A DNA stretch of 64,000 nucleotides from Halocafeteria seosinensis. Its lineage: Eukaryota. Location of the stretch: assembly GCA_001687465.1 (NCBI GenBank), contig LVLI01000146.1, positions 1-64,000 of the forward strand, written 5' to 3'. Shown piece after piece: positions 33,914 to 45,574 of this stretch. How positions within the stretch are numbered: the stretch's first letter is position 1; the number at the start of each line of letters is the position of its first letter. Made by a program: the position numbers and the translations under genes. The notes beneath the pieces were generated by a model. That model was not told the origin of the DNA. It saw only the letters and a list, made by a program, of their open reading frames with translations, and did not search any database.

Positions 33914-34818
33914 ATGAATCGTCTCATACTCAGATGCTCGCACAAACAGTGCTTGCGCACGCCATTTCGACAACCCATCCCAGTGGTCAGCTCTCAGTTT
34001 CGAGCTTTCTCCAACAAGGCTCCTGATACGAGGGAATCCCAAAAGTCCCATCACCCCGATACAATAGGATGGAGGACGGCCGAGTACCTGAATGCCACGA
34101 TTCTCAACGCGCCGCGTACGTTTTTGATGTGCATGATAGCATCGGACATTGGGTCCATTGGACTGTGTTATGGAATCATTCATTACGGCAGTAAGTGCCT
34201 TTAAAGTCAGCATGTACGAGGTAGTTTCTTTGAAAATGTGAGGAATTTTGGCCGACGAACAGATATCACGGTTCCGGCAGACTTTGCGTTCGCTTTCCTA
34301 CTTAGCCGTCCTTTAAAGCGCATCCGACTCCCGGTGGAGTTGACAGTGGCTGCCGCCATTGCCAAGGTCTTTCCGTGGCTATCGTCCGTCAAAATCAGTG
34401 CGCTCGTCCGTAGTGTGGCACCGCCAGGATCGGAATCCTTAAAGCCGCGTTCAGAGTAAGAATAAGAGGCTCAACTTGTCTTCCCGTCGAAAAGGTTATC
34501 TGTTGTGTTGCTGTGGCTGAATGCAGGCAGAGCTTCTTCTCGAGGTTGCTCTCGTCCGGCACCGACATGTTGGACAAATACGGACTTGCGTACCAAATAG
34601 GCGCTCGTGCAGTTGGCGCGAGTATTGTATTCAGCTTCTTTGCTGCTTTACGGATGGGAGTGGACATTCAAGGCATGCTAGCTGGTTGGGGCTTCCAACC
34701 TTCCTCAGGGGAAACCGCGGGCGCTTATGCTGCTGCGGTGGTTTCATCCGGGTTGTTGTACCCAGTTACTTTGGGTGTTGCCACCAAAGCAACTCGAATG
34801 ATTAGCAAGACACTATAG
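33914..34818 (+). CDS. Small membrane protein, FAM210/DUF1279-like, possible mitochondrial presequence; multi-exon
   Basis: Arg-rich N-terminus. KYGLAYQIG...FFAALRMGVDI and AYAAAVV...PVTLG resemble DUF1279. GT-AG introns link the three ORF pieces. Confidence 0.5.
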
Positions 34819-34906
34819 AAGAGTGATCGTAGGGACAAGAACACAGGAGCGTATACACGAGAGAGTATATTATCCCTGGAAAAACACAAATAACTAGACG
34901 TGTGCG

Positions 34907-36763
34907 TTAGCCCATGTGCATCTCAGCTGGAGTTCTGTTCTGTCCCAAGTCGTAGAGGTGCTTGATATGGGCGCAGAATGCTGCCCAGAAACTCGGTTCG
35001 ACACGGTATTTGATCTGCATAACGAAGTTGACGGATATAGTACAAATACGTTACCTTGGACGAATGGAAAACTTACGCCATATTCTTCACAAGTTTGCTT
35101 CACTATAGGGGCTATGTCTGGATAATGGTACTGAGAAACCGAGGGGAAAAGATGATGCGTGATTTGGTAATTGAGCGCACCACTCAGGAACGTAACAATT
35201 GGACTGTCATGGGCATAATCAACGCTCGTTTCGACCTGAGAAACAGCCCATTCTTGAGATAACTCGGGTTTCCTTTCGGGGAAGTCCACTCCATCCGAAA
35301 TATGAGATACCTGTGCGCGAATAAACCAAGGACGAAGTAAGAACGGTTCTATATCAGATTACCATATAGTAGCAGACGGAGACGTACTTGGAAGTTCCAA
35401 GAGAGCCAGAATCCGGAGACCAGTTCAGCTATGCAAAAGCAGATAGCAAATTGAGTCCATGTTTGCTGGGTCAAGTAAAGAGCCAATGCTATCCTCCAGC
35501 TAAACCACAATGCCTTCACACCGAATACGCGCACCCAAGGGCTTTCATAAAAGTTTACTCGAATATGCCCATTAAACTTATTCCACCAAATGAAGAACAC
35601 ATCGTCGATTCTAACCTTGAACGCAAGTAGTCCATATAAAAGAGGAAGGTATATCCACTGAAATTTATAAATAAAATCCCACTTTTGCGGCCATGTAACT
35701 CTTCGAACTTCCCCACTGTCTGGTATGTCTGGGTCTGCTTCGTACAAGTTCGTATATACATGATGCCCAATCACATGTTGGTGCTGCCACGAGATCATGC
35801 TTGCTCCCGCAATACCGTCCATCGGTAGTCGTCCCCAAAATTTCCACCATCCTTCATGGTTCCCAATTGCAGTGTGTGATGCATCATGCATGCAATGCAA
35901 TAGAGGTAACACCTGACAGAAACCAAAGATCAACGACCAGAATAGCTCCCAGTTGTAGCTGATTCCCCAGTTGCATAAATCATGCATGCAAATGAAAGAT
36001 ACTACAGCCAGGGCGAAGATGGGTACCATTCTTTTGATCCCAGGCACAGGGTCTTTTGGATCCTGCTGCGTCTTGTCAAAGTGTGCCTTGACACGCTGAC
36101 GCACAGTCTTGTAAAATCCGGAATTGTCCGGCTTGTACTGCGGAAACTCGTTGTCTACGACCCTTCCTTTCTGCAAGCAAATTCAGAAAAAATATCACCG
36201 TCACCATCCTATTAAATAGATCAGTTCAGAAATGACGTACATAATATTGTCCTAAAAGACGCTTAGGTTTATCCGTAAATGGATGATAAGATTCAATCAG
36301 AACAGTGCAGTCCCGTCCAGCGGCTAGTGCGAGCACTTCTCGTCCACCGGGATGTTGATCCACAAAAGCTGTATAGCATGTCAAACAGTGAAACAATTTC
36401 AGAATGGAATGCATCCTTTAAATAAAGACAGAGAAAAGCATTTGATGACGAAAGGGAGTCAGTTTTCCCGCAGTTCCAATGTATCCATCCGAGATTCCCT
36501 TCTTTTCTCTTAGTCCAACGCATGGCTATTCACTACGAATTACGACAAGTGAGAGGGGAATACTTACGCGTTACATCGTAGACGGAACCATCGTAAATAA
36601 TCCAAATATCGTCCAGGGAGTTGTGTTGCGCCACCTCTTTCCAGGTGAATTGAGGGGTGTTTTCTCCCTCTCTATTCACATTTCTGCGGTTCCGAAGCCC
36701 ACTGGAGACAGTCTTCTGGGATGTGTCTCCAGGAATAGCCTCTTCTGTGGCTGTGGGAGGCAT
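34907..36763 (-). CDS. Front-end fatty acid desaturase (Delta5-like) with N-terminal cytochrome b5; multi-exon
   Basis: Cytochrome b5 HPGG motif and His boxes HDASH, QHVIGHH and QITHHLFP. Last exon ends ...EMHMG*. Confidence 0.92.
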
Positions 36764-37260
36764 TATCGCGAGCTATAGAGGATGAGAAAAAGGATACAAT
36801 GGGGGGTTTGTGAGCTCTAACCGTCACTTCAAATGTGCTCAATTCACGCTCTCACCTCCTCTTTCCACAAGTGCGAGACTTGCTGGACGGTACTGAGGTG
36901 TGATATAAGCCTAGAGACCGGGGTTATATAGTGTATACAACCCGTATAGAGTGCCTGACGTGTATTTGGGATCAGCGGAAGTTGAAGTTATCCGGGCCGT
37001 CGGCCCGGATCGGCTTTGGCTTCGTTCGACGCACTGTCGTAGATCGAGATGACTACCACGAGGTTCATGCCATATATATATATAAAAAAAATCGCGGGTG
37101 AATACCGAAGGTAGATTTAACGCCTTTGTCATACACATACTAGGTTTGGAATGATCTTAACCCGACGAATCATGATGCCGACGAACCTGACGCATCGACA
37201 GCGCTTGCTACGCGTGACCTCATGCTTTCTGCACCACACAATCAGAAAAAACACAACGAA

Positions 37261-39549
37261 TTATAATTGGTAAAAATAAAGCAATTTCTTAGATAACTCA
37301 CGATAAGGAATTAACAAGGTACGAAAAGTCATGTTCCAAAACAACTCCTTTTCTTGTTCTTCGCGGTCCGCAGAATACTCAGGAGACTTGGGCACGAAGT
37401 CGTTTCCGCTGCCGGGTCGTCGATAGTCAGGAGTCACAAAGTAGAATACGGGATAGTTATTCCGAAATTCACCCATAAGATTCAGCCATGCGTCAAAAAC
37501 ATTAAACATTTTCAGTGTGTGTTCTTCCGCAATTGTATATTGCAAGAAAATTGGGGCAGTTTCTCGGTTATTCGGAATTACTATTGCATCGACAGTAGGA
37601 TAAAATCCTGTAATGGGTTTTGCATATACACCTTCATATGTGTTCATGCCGAAGGCTTTATGAATAAGGCCTCTAATCTCGTAATTATCATCGAAGTCAG
37701 ACCTTTCGGTTCTGGGTAGGGTGAGCTGTTCTGGTGGCATCGTCACTCTCCATCCAGGATGTTTACTTCCTCTGGTATTAATTCTGTCGAGTTCGTAATA
37801 GTGCAACTGGAGTGCTGCCAAGTGTGCTTTTTCCTGGGGTATAATTTTGTGACATACTGTCTCGAACAAATCCCCCAAGCGAACGCCGTGCACATCATTC
37901 CATAGTCTACCTATGACTGAGAACCAGCGGTCTCTTTCCCACTTAGAAAGAGCATAATTTTGAACGTAAGTCGAAGCAAATTTGACATGAAGCTGTGTAA
38001 ATTTATATTCCTTATTATCCAGTGGCCACGGATGCACGGTCCAAAACTTCAGAGTGTTCAATTTGCCCTCACGTATGCGACCCTCCAAGTCTACAAGTTT
38101 CGATATATCTGTTTCTGAAAGTTCGTAGTCGATCCCGTCCAAATCCGGGGTCTCAAACACATACCGAACAACACCGCCAGCTTCCCTGAAGCGCTTCAAG
38201 ACTTCCGCTCTTTCCGTGGCATTGTATACTTTTTCCCGACAATCAAGCAATTCATGCGGTTTCCAAGGAGGCATTAGTCTCCGGGACAGGCTCTGGTTCC
38301 CCATTCCCTCCCTGTTGACCTTTTGTGGAGAGATAAACGCTTCAAGTTTCACTCTCGGGATATTTAATATTATTCCAGAAACTGCTGCAATGGTGCTGTA
38401 GCTTTTGACACAGCCGTCAACAAGAATATAATCGCCTTCAGTAGGGGCATTCCGGAACTGCTCTTCGTTAAGCATTACAGCCGCACCCGTTTTACATTCA
38501 ATTTTGAAGAAGTATTTATTTTCATCCCGTCGACAGTAGAAAATGTTTCGCGGTTCATTCTGCTACCGTAGCAAGCGCCATATCATATACGGAATCATCA
38601 TGGTTTTCCCTATACCGGGAGTCCCCTCGATCGTGAACAGGTGTTTCTCTTCCTCCTTGCGTATTACATCGTAGAGATCATGATACACTGGGCGAATATA
38701 CAATTTTCTATCCGGAGTAGGTTCTGCTCCAGGCAAATAGTATGGAGCAAGAACCCTCATCCTCTTCGAGAAAGGGAGCTTCTTGACATCCTTGACAAAT
38801 GTTCTAAGCGCAATTAAGTCCCCATGTACTCCATACCGCTGGTACAAGAAGTACAACACAACATTCAGACCAACAAGACTGGCGCATTCTATGACTCTCA
38901 TTTCTGTCGTCGGAATAGTGAGAATGAACAGCTGCTTATGCTGTTCATCCAAAAGAAAGAAATACATGGCAGCCACGATAGCCCCAACAATCTTGCTATA
39001 GAACGCAATACCTAACACGAAAAAATAGAAGCAGTCGATCGTCCTCGTTGGGATCCTCAGAATGGACATCTGTCTATGCTGTTCATCCAGAATCAGGAAA
39101 AAGATGGCAGCCAAGACAACCAGTACGACGCCAACAACCATGCCTGGACGTAACCGATAGCCATTCATCCAAGCCATAGCTCCTCGTTAGGCTTTTGTCA
39201 TGATTCCTCCAGCTCCAGTACCCTCTCCTCCAGTTACTCCAGCGTCCTCTCCTCCAGTTACTCCAGTACTCTCTCCTCCAGTTACTCCAGTACCCTCTCC
39301 TCCAGTTACTCCAGTACCCTCTCCTCCAGTTACTCCAGTACCCTCTCCTCCAGTTACTCCAGTACCCTCTCCTCCAGTTACTCCAGTACCCTCTCCTCCA
39401 GTTACTCCAGTACTCTCTCCTCCAGTTACTCCAGTACCCCCTCCTCCAGTTATTCCAATACCCTCCCTAGGAGCTGCAGCTCCTGTAGTTTCTTCATTGC
39501 CCTCTCCACGAGGTCCCCTTCTCCCCACGCTACGTCTCCTGGTGCGCAT
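37261..39549 (-). pseudogene. Crinkler/RHS-type P-loop NTPase plus restriction-endonuclease-fold protein; one reading frame with two internal stops
   Basis: Walker A IEGTPGIGKT, Walker B-like YILVDG, GGVVRYVF, and C-terminal YAKP...YPTVDAI....IFLQYTIAEEH (PD-(D/E)xK-like). The three listed ORFs are in one frame, separated only by TAA (39189-39187) and TAG (38565-38563). Confidence 0.7.
39215..39466. repeat. 24-bp minisatellite, 10 units plus a partial unit
   Basis: Unit ccagtaccctctcctccagttact, encoding TGVTGGEG repeats on the minus strand. Confidence 0.97.
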
Positions 39550-39800
39550 TTTGCTTGTTTTGGCTTTCGGTTCTCGAAGTTTTCTATTTTTCTGAAATGC
39601 TGTATGTCGAAGACATTATTACCCCAAGAAAGCGTCGTACTCTGTTCCCTGCGATTGAACCACAACAAAGCAAGCTTCACATAACCACAATACTACCACT
39701 CTTAACACTATCCTGTCCCAATGATGCTTCAGGGTGAACAAAGTTCAAGAAGTTACTTCCACCATTTGTTTTGTTCTATCACCACCGTTACAAGTGGCAT

Positions 39801-40847
39801 ATGCGTGTACGGACTGTTGGTTGCAGTACAAGGAAGTGGCTCCGACTGTTCGTACCTGTTGCGAAGCAAGGCCATAGTACAGCAATGGCAGCCCCAACGC
39901 CAAAAATGACGACCCATACGGTCCTCATGGTGCGTCCCGCAAACTTTGGATTCAACCCGGAGACAGCAGGGGACAATGTCTACCAGCAGCAAGATCAGTC
40001 AAGAAGCCCTGAGGAAGTCCAACGGGTAGCCAGGAGGGAGTTTGATAGCGCTGTGGAAGTGTTAAGAAGCCATCAGGTGAATGTTGTCGTGGTGGAGGAT
40101 ACACCCGATCCGAAGAAGACAGACGCCGTGTTTCCGAACAACTGGTTCTCTACGCATGAAGATGGAACGCTAATCCTGTATCCAATGGCCTCTCGGAACC
40201 GCAGATTGGAACGCAGAAGCGATGTTCCTGATATTTTGTCTCGTGAAGGATTCTCCGTCAAGCAGAAAATAGACTTGACAGCGTTCGAAAATGATAGCCA
40301 GTATCTAGAGGGGACAGGAAGCTTGGTACTTGATCGAGAGCACCGTATACTGTACGCAGGGTTGTCCGAAAGAACCCACATGGAGCCTCTGAGGCGAGTG
40401 AACGAGTATTTACACTATGAGATGGTAACTTTTCATGCTGAGCAAGAGCATAAAGGCGTCAAGAGTCCTATTTACCATACGAATGTAATGATGCACGTTG
40501 GAAGCAATTTGGCTGTCGTTTGTTTGGATTCAATTTCTGATTCCAAAGAGCGAGGCATGGTTCAAGAGTACCTCAAGAAAACAAACAAAGAAGTGGTAGC
40601 CATTTCTTTGGAGCAGATGTTTAAGTTTGCAGGTAACATGTTGGAAGTAAAGAACCGAAACGGTGCGAAGATCACTGTCATGTCGAAGATGGCTTACGAT
40701 AGCTTGACAATGGAGCAAGAAGGAACTATCAAGAAGTACACCAAAATTGCTACAGTTACGCTTCCTACCATTGAAAAACTCGGAGGTGGGAGCGCTCGAT
40801 GCATGCTTTCTGAGATCTTTCTTCCTCAGCAAAACGAGGTCTCATAA
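39801..40847 (+). CDS. Amidinotransferase/pentein family hydrolase, bacterial CtlX-like; intronless
   Basis: VLMVRPANFGFNPETA.DN, DAVFPNNWFSTH, YLEGTGSLVLD, IYHTNVMM and GGGSARCM. Alternative ATGs near 39885 and 39906. Confidence 0.88.
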   Translation: MRVRTVGCSTRKWLRLFVPVAKQGHSTAMAAPTPKMTTHTVLMVRPANFGFNPETAGDNVYQQQDQSRSPEEVQRVARREFDSAVEVLRSHQVNVVVVEDTPDPKKTDAVFPNNWFSTHEDGTLILYPMASRNRRLERRSDVPDILSREGFSVKQKIDLTAFENDSQYLEGTGSLVLDREHRILYAGLSERTHMEPLRRVNEYLHYEMVTFHAEQEHKGVKSPIYHTNVMMHVGSNLAVVCLDSISDSKERGMVQEYLKKTNKEVVAISLEQMFKFAGNMLEVKNRNGAKITVMSKMAYDSLTMEQEGTIKKYTKIATVTLPTIEKLGGGSARCMLSEIFLPQQNEVS

Positions 40848-41180
40848 TGAGAATTCATATTGCATCATTACGTCTCAAGAAATCATGGATGAAGTCGCTA
40901 ACATCGTGACTACCCATTCAACACCCATTCCTCTAAGACAAGTCCTTAAGAGTGGAACCGAACATTTTCATTTTCGGGATTGTTAACTTCGAAATAGGCT
41001 GATTTGTTAACTGTAGTTGAGTCGTACGTTCCGAAGATGGCAAGGATTTCGGCCTGATTGCATCAAATCAGGAATGCTCTGATGGTCGTTGCGTTCCACA
41101 AAGTAAAATGCAAAAGTTCGAAGCGCTTTCTTGGAACAATAGACGGAGGGACCAAGTCATTAGCCTGGCACTTATCTATC

Positions 41181-43398
41181 TTACAAAGCTTCCCATGGTT
41201 CGACGCTTTCCCTACCAGAGTTTAGAGAGTCCGGAGACTTTATGTGCCGTTTCCGTCCTTTTGCCGTACTGTCCGCTGGACCCTTCAACGGCTCCTTTCC
41301 TTCTTGAGAATGTTGCTTCGCTGTACCATGCGATACTGGCTTCGGTCTTTCATTGGTGACCAGTTGCTTACCCGTCTGCTGCAGCATCTTGGCTGGCTCG
41401 GCAGTAGGGACGTTCAGGACTTTGTCCTTCGGTGGTGGCTTTTCATGTCTTACGACGTAAGCAGGCTTTAGACCTTGCAACATATATCCATGCTTTCTAG
41501 GATAATGACTCGAAGGTGACGGTGGTTCACTCTGAGGTCGATGTTCTGAGTTGGTAGTGGCGTGCTCCGTGGCGGGATCAGAGGCAACACTCATGAATCG
41601 AGATGGCTGCTTGCCCCAGCTGCTGCCTGAATGCATTGCCTTCATACCCTTATCGGGAGCATGCAGTCTTGCAGATGTAGCATTCAAAGGAGCAGAGGGC
41701 TTCTGATCTTCTTCATGGATAAAGCTGGAATCTTTCATCTCTGATAAAGCGGAACCTTGTTCAGTGAAGGGAAGGGAATCACAACTCCAATCTTGCACTG
41801 GGCGTACTTTGGTGACATCTCCCGCTAATCGCTTGCTTTCATTTTCTATCTTAGCTCGCACTTGTTGGAGTGCTGATGCTACAGCTTCTTTTTCATTTCT
41901 ATCGACGTTCTTGTCTGCGTTAACTTCAGCAAGTATATCACTGCAAATTGAATTTAGCATTGTCTGTGCTTTTGTTATCGCTTGTTTTGTAACAGAGTCA
42001 AACACCCCACTCGAATGCTTTTGAAAGAGAGGTTGAGCTGAAGCTACGCGTGTTCCACTGGAAAATGACCTGCTGCCTCGTGACCCAAGCCGGCTGGAGC
42101 CTTTCCCTCGATCTTTCCTCGCGGTAGATGGTAGTGCCTTGGACTGATCCGTCATATCGGATGTAAACGTTTTGACGCTTTCTTCATCTTCTTCGCGAGA
42201 TGGTGCGCTCGTTGACGCTTCTTCGCCGACACTTGTCGGATAGTTGCTCACTCGTTGGGACTCCCGGATTGTGTGTTTCATGAGGACGCTTTTCTTAGAA
42301 AGACGATTTATATGCTCTTCCTGTAGGCTATTGCTGATCTGAAGCTCCCTGTTCTCTCTCAGCAATTGTTCATTTTCCCTCATCAGTTTTTCTGCCTGTT
42401 GTGACTGATATGTCAGTTCCACCACTGCGTGTTCGTTTTCAGCGATGGTTCGTCGCACTGTCATGTCCACACTGCTGAGCACTTCTTTCATAATTTCCTG
42501 TAAGAGAAATGTATTACACGAGTTGAAGCCTGTATGCGTTATGCAGGGTCACGTACTTCCTTCGTGTTCCGTAGCCTCTCCAGCATCCCATTCTTGATTT
42601 TTTGTCGCTCATGAATATTCTTTCGATCGATTTCCTGGACCTTCTCAATGTGCCGCTGTTCTGAATTTTCCACTTGCTCCTGTAAATCTACGTTCTTCTG
42701 GATTAGCTCCTCCCTTTGTGACTGAAATGAACCACGTAAATAGTATATAGAGCAAACGTCAGAACTGTTGCATTGAATTGCTTCCTTACTCTGAACTCAA
42801 TCAACTTCTCCATTTCTATGTCTAAGTCGCGTAATTTTCTCTGAAGCAAAGGTAAAAGAATTATTCGGAATTAGTTCATATGAGACGGCGAATCACGTAC
42901 TTTAAGAGACGCCACTGTTTCATCGGACTCTTCGCGAAGTTGGGCCAAATCTCTTTCCCTTTTCTCGTGAAGGTTGTTTAGTTTGTCCTCCAGTTTCCAT
43001 ACATTGTCTTTAAGTTGTCCAATCTCACGGTTTCGCCGAGCAAGTTTATCATTTAGGAAATCCTTTGTTTCTTGCTGGATAAGAAAATGGACGGGATACT
43101 GGTTGCACGTTAGTTCAGCGGATACACGGGAGCACATACGTTTTGATCCAGCAGTTCTTGTATTTCTTGCCTTAGAACATCATTCTCCTTATAAAGCTGA
43201 GCATTAGTAAGTTCTCTGCGATTCGCCTAGCTACATGACATTGAACATTTGCTTCAGCTCGGATGAACTGGCTTCTACCACCTACAGGTTTTTGTACTTC
43301 CATTGGGTTTCGTGAGAGATGATCCCAAGAAGGGTATTCGGGAGGCCAAACTTATCCCCCTCGTTCTTCGGTATGTCACCTGCATCGTCGTCCCCCAT
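41181..43398 (-). CDS. CFAP157: Coiled-coil cilia/flagella-associated protein, CFAP157-like; multi-exon
   Basis: Spliced exons read DFLNDKLARRNREI..., IDRKNIHERQKIKNGM and TVRRTIAENEHAVVELTYQSQQAEKLMRENEQL, matching the CFAP157 coiled-coil pattern as I recall it. Confidence 0.6.
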
Positions 43399-43695
43399 GG
43401 TGAATGGGAGGGGACGTAATCAATTCCTACTGGCTACAACGCGTTTCCTCAGAATCTGTCAGCGCTCCAGAAACGCAATCCTGCAAGTCAAGTTGAATGA
43501 GACTATATGATGAGCCACTGTTCTTGACCATCCTTTTATTCATTCGCTTTCTTGGAACAAAGGGGAGAAAACGCGCAACGGGTTACAACTGCAACGTAGC
43601 TGCCGAACAGTGGGCGAAAAGATTGTTCCTTCCTGAGAGTCGACATTGTCCATGCGCGAGTTGGTGTTGTTATGTTACGGAGAAGACAAACGAAA

Positions 43696-44160
43696 ATGGA
43701 GCCTGAGAAAAAGAGGGAGGAATCTCGTTCACAGGAGGGTATGCCGCTAGAGATACCTTTCCCCGAGGACACACGAGAGAATGGGGAACATAACTCGGAA
43801 GAGTACCGGCAGGTCCTCGCTGCAGCCTCACAATGGAATGAGAGCCTGATACAAACCAGGTAAGGCCTGTGTGATTTCTATCTTGGTAGCATTATTGAAG
43901 ATATGCATTATATATATATATTTATATTTATATACCTCTGCAGGAAAGAGCGGTGGGAAGAGCATTGGTCCAACTACTACTTTGGTGCTGATCGAGAAGC
44001 GAGGCCGTCCACTTCTGAGCAACCAGTTCCTCTCTTTTTTCCAGAACCTATGGCTGAAGAGTACCCTACAGGAGATTTAGGAGCTCCTTATACAAAAGCA
44101 GTGGACTACTCTGAGTTAAACGAAACGCAAAATAGGCAAGCAACGGCTTCGAAAAAGTGA
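43696..44160 (+). CDS. Small hypothetical protein, two exons
   Basis: ATG at 43696 and a GT-AG intron (~43860-43943, containing a TA tract) that joins two open frames. Confidence 0.5.
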
Positions 44161-44210
44161 ACAGTGATCAAAATGTATCCTAACAGAGTTTGGACTGTCA
44201 CCCGAATAAC

Positions 44211-45156
44211 CTAGGAACCTCTTTCAGGGATAGTCACCTGGTATGATACTTCTTGCTGCGGCGTCTCCATTAAGGATACCTCGACAACAGACACGCCACG
44301 GCTCTGCAGGGTATTGTTTGTCTCTGTTTACATCAAGGGTCAGGGACGAGTAAGGGAGGAGCCTTACCTGTAGTACGTTTAGAGTGATTTCTTCCAGGAA
44401 AATTTGGCACTGTATGGAAGAGATACCAGCGGCAACGCATTAAGGTGACATATTGGTGCATAGCATCAACTGCTTCTAAGAACTCACCAAGTAGCGGCAA
44501 AGCTCTTCGGCGCTTGTATTCACAATCGGTAGTAATACGCAGTCTTCCAAGGGCATCGAAAAGAAGCATCCGTCCGAGCACTGTAACTCCACTTGTTTAT
44601 CATATACTGTCGGGATAATATCTTGTGAGTTTATCGCTACGAGGAAGTGCTCATCTAGTTGTTTGCATATTTTCCTCATCGCCTGAATGTCCAGCGTCTT
44701 AATGCGCTGAATGGCATATCATAGAGTGGTCGTTCAATGCACTTACTCTCTTTATAACTCCGAAGTCCAGCACGTATCCATCATCCCCTAGCACCCCCTT
44801 TATCATTACCTGTGCAAGAAGTCGTTTCGTGTACTGATTGCGAGAACGTGTGCACCCGATATAGTAGCTTACCGAGGCTGTATAGTTATGCCCGTGCATC
44901 TTTTCGCGTTTCCCCTGCATATCGAATCAGTGAGATTGAATTGACCCACCTAAGTATAGAGCATTTGTTGATAAGCACATACGCTCGCCATCATCATATG
45001 AGCTGCATTGAATTTAAAGTCTGCTTTGGCTACATTAAGGGCGAACGTAGTCCGGCCACTATTCTCACAGAACTGTTTAACTACAGGATCTACTGCTCCA
45101 GTGCTGGTTCCTGGCACGACTGCTTGATGCTGCACGCCTTGATGTGTATCCGCCAT
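44211..45156 (-). CDS. 6-pyruvoyltetrahydropterin synthase family, PTPS-III-type; multi-exon
   Basis: FKFNAAH, REKMHGHNY, GYVLDFGVIK, LDEHFLV, NTSAEEL and VSLMETP. Glu rather than Cys precedes HGH. Confidence 0.85.
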
Positions 45157-45574
45157 TGTAGCAAATACAGTAGACCCTAGTGGAGACTCGTGTTCAATAA
45201 TTCAAATTTCCTAGCTCGGCCGCCTTTTCTTGCTACACCTGCCATTAGAGAACTACAACTCAACTCAGGCACATGAATAAACAGCATTTCATTGCAGCAA
45301 TACTGTGTCATGCAATCGGCAGGCGCAGCTAAATAACGTCATGACTTATGAGAGACGTCGAACATCACAACGTGCTTCACAAAACTTTAAAGCTCTTATA
45401 TGTTACAGAATGATACCTACTTGTTAGTTTGAGTAGATCATGGTGCTATTGGTAGTAAAGTGTTGAGTTAAGTCAATTTTCCGTTTCTGAATGGATTTAT
45501 TGATTGATGGCCACCCACGGGGGTCAAAACCAGAACACCTCAGCTGAGCATCGCATACGTCGGACCAACAGAGG

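Noticed and set aside
37261..39549. Alternative genetic code (TAA/TAG = Gln) to explain the internal stops
   Set aside because: Conserved genes in the window (DDB1, SHMT, TOP2) terminate at TAA/TAG at the expected positions and have no internal TAA/TAG in their exons.
39200..39595. Extensin-like Pro-rich ORF on the plus strand
   Set aside because: It is the antisense reading of the minisatellite. The minus-strand frame is continuous with the NTPase-nuclease frame.
43905..43935. TA-rich microsatellite
   Set aside because: Short simple repeat inside an intron with no evidence of function.
32133..45156. SHMT and PTPS as a folate gene cluster
   Set aside because: They are more than 10 kb apart with several unrelated genes between them.
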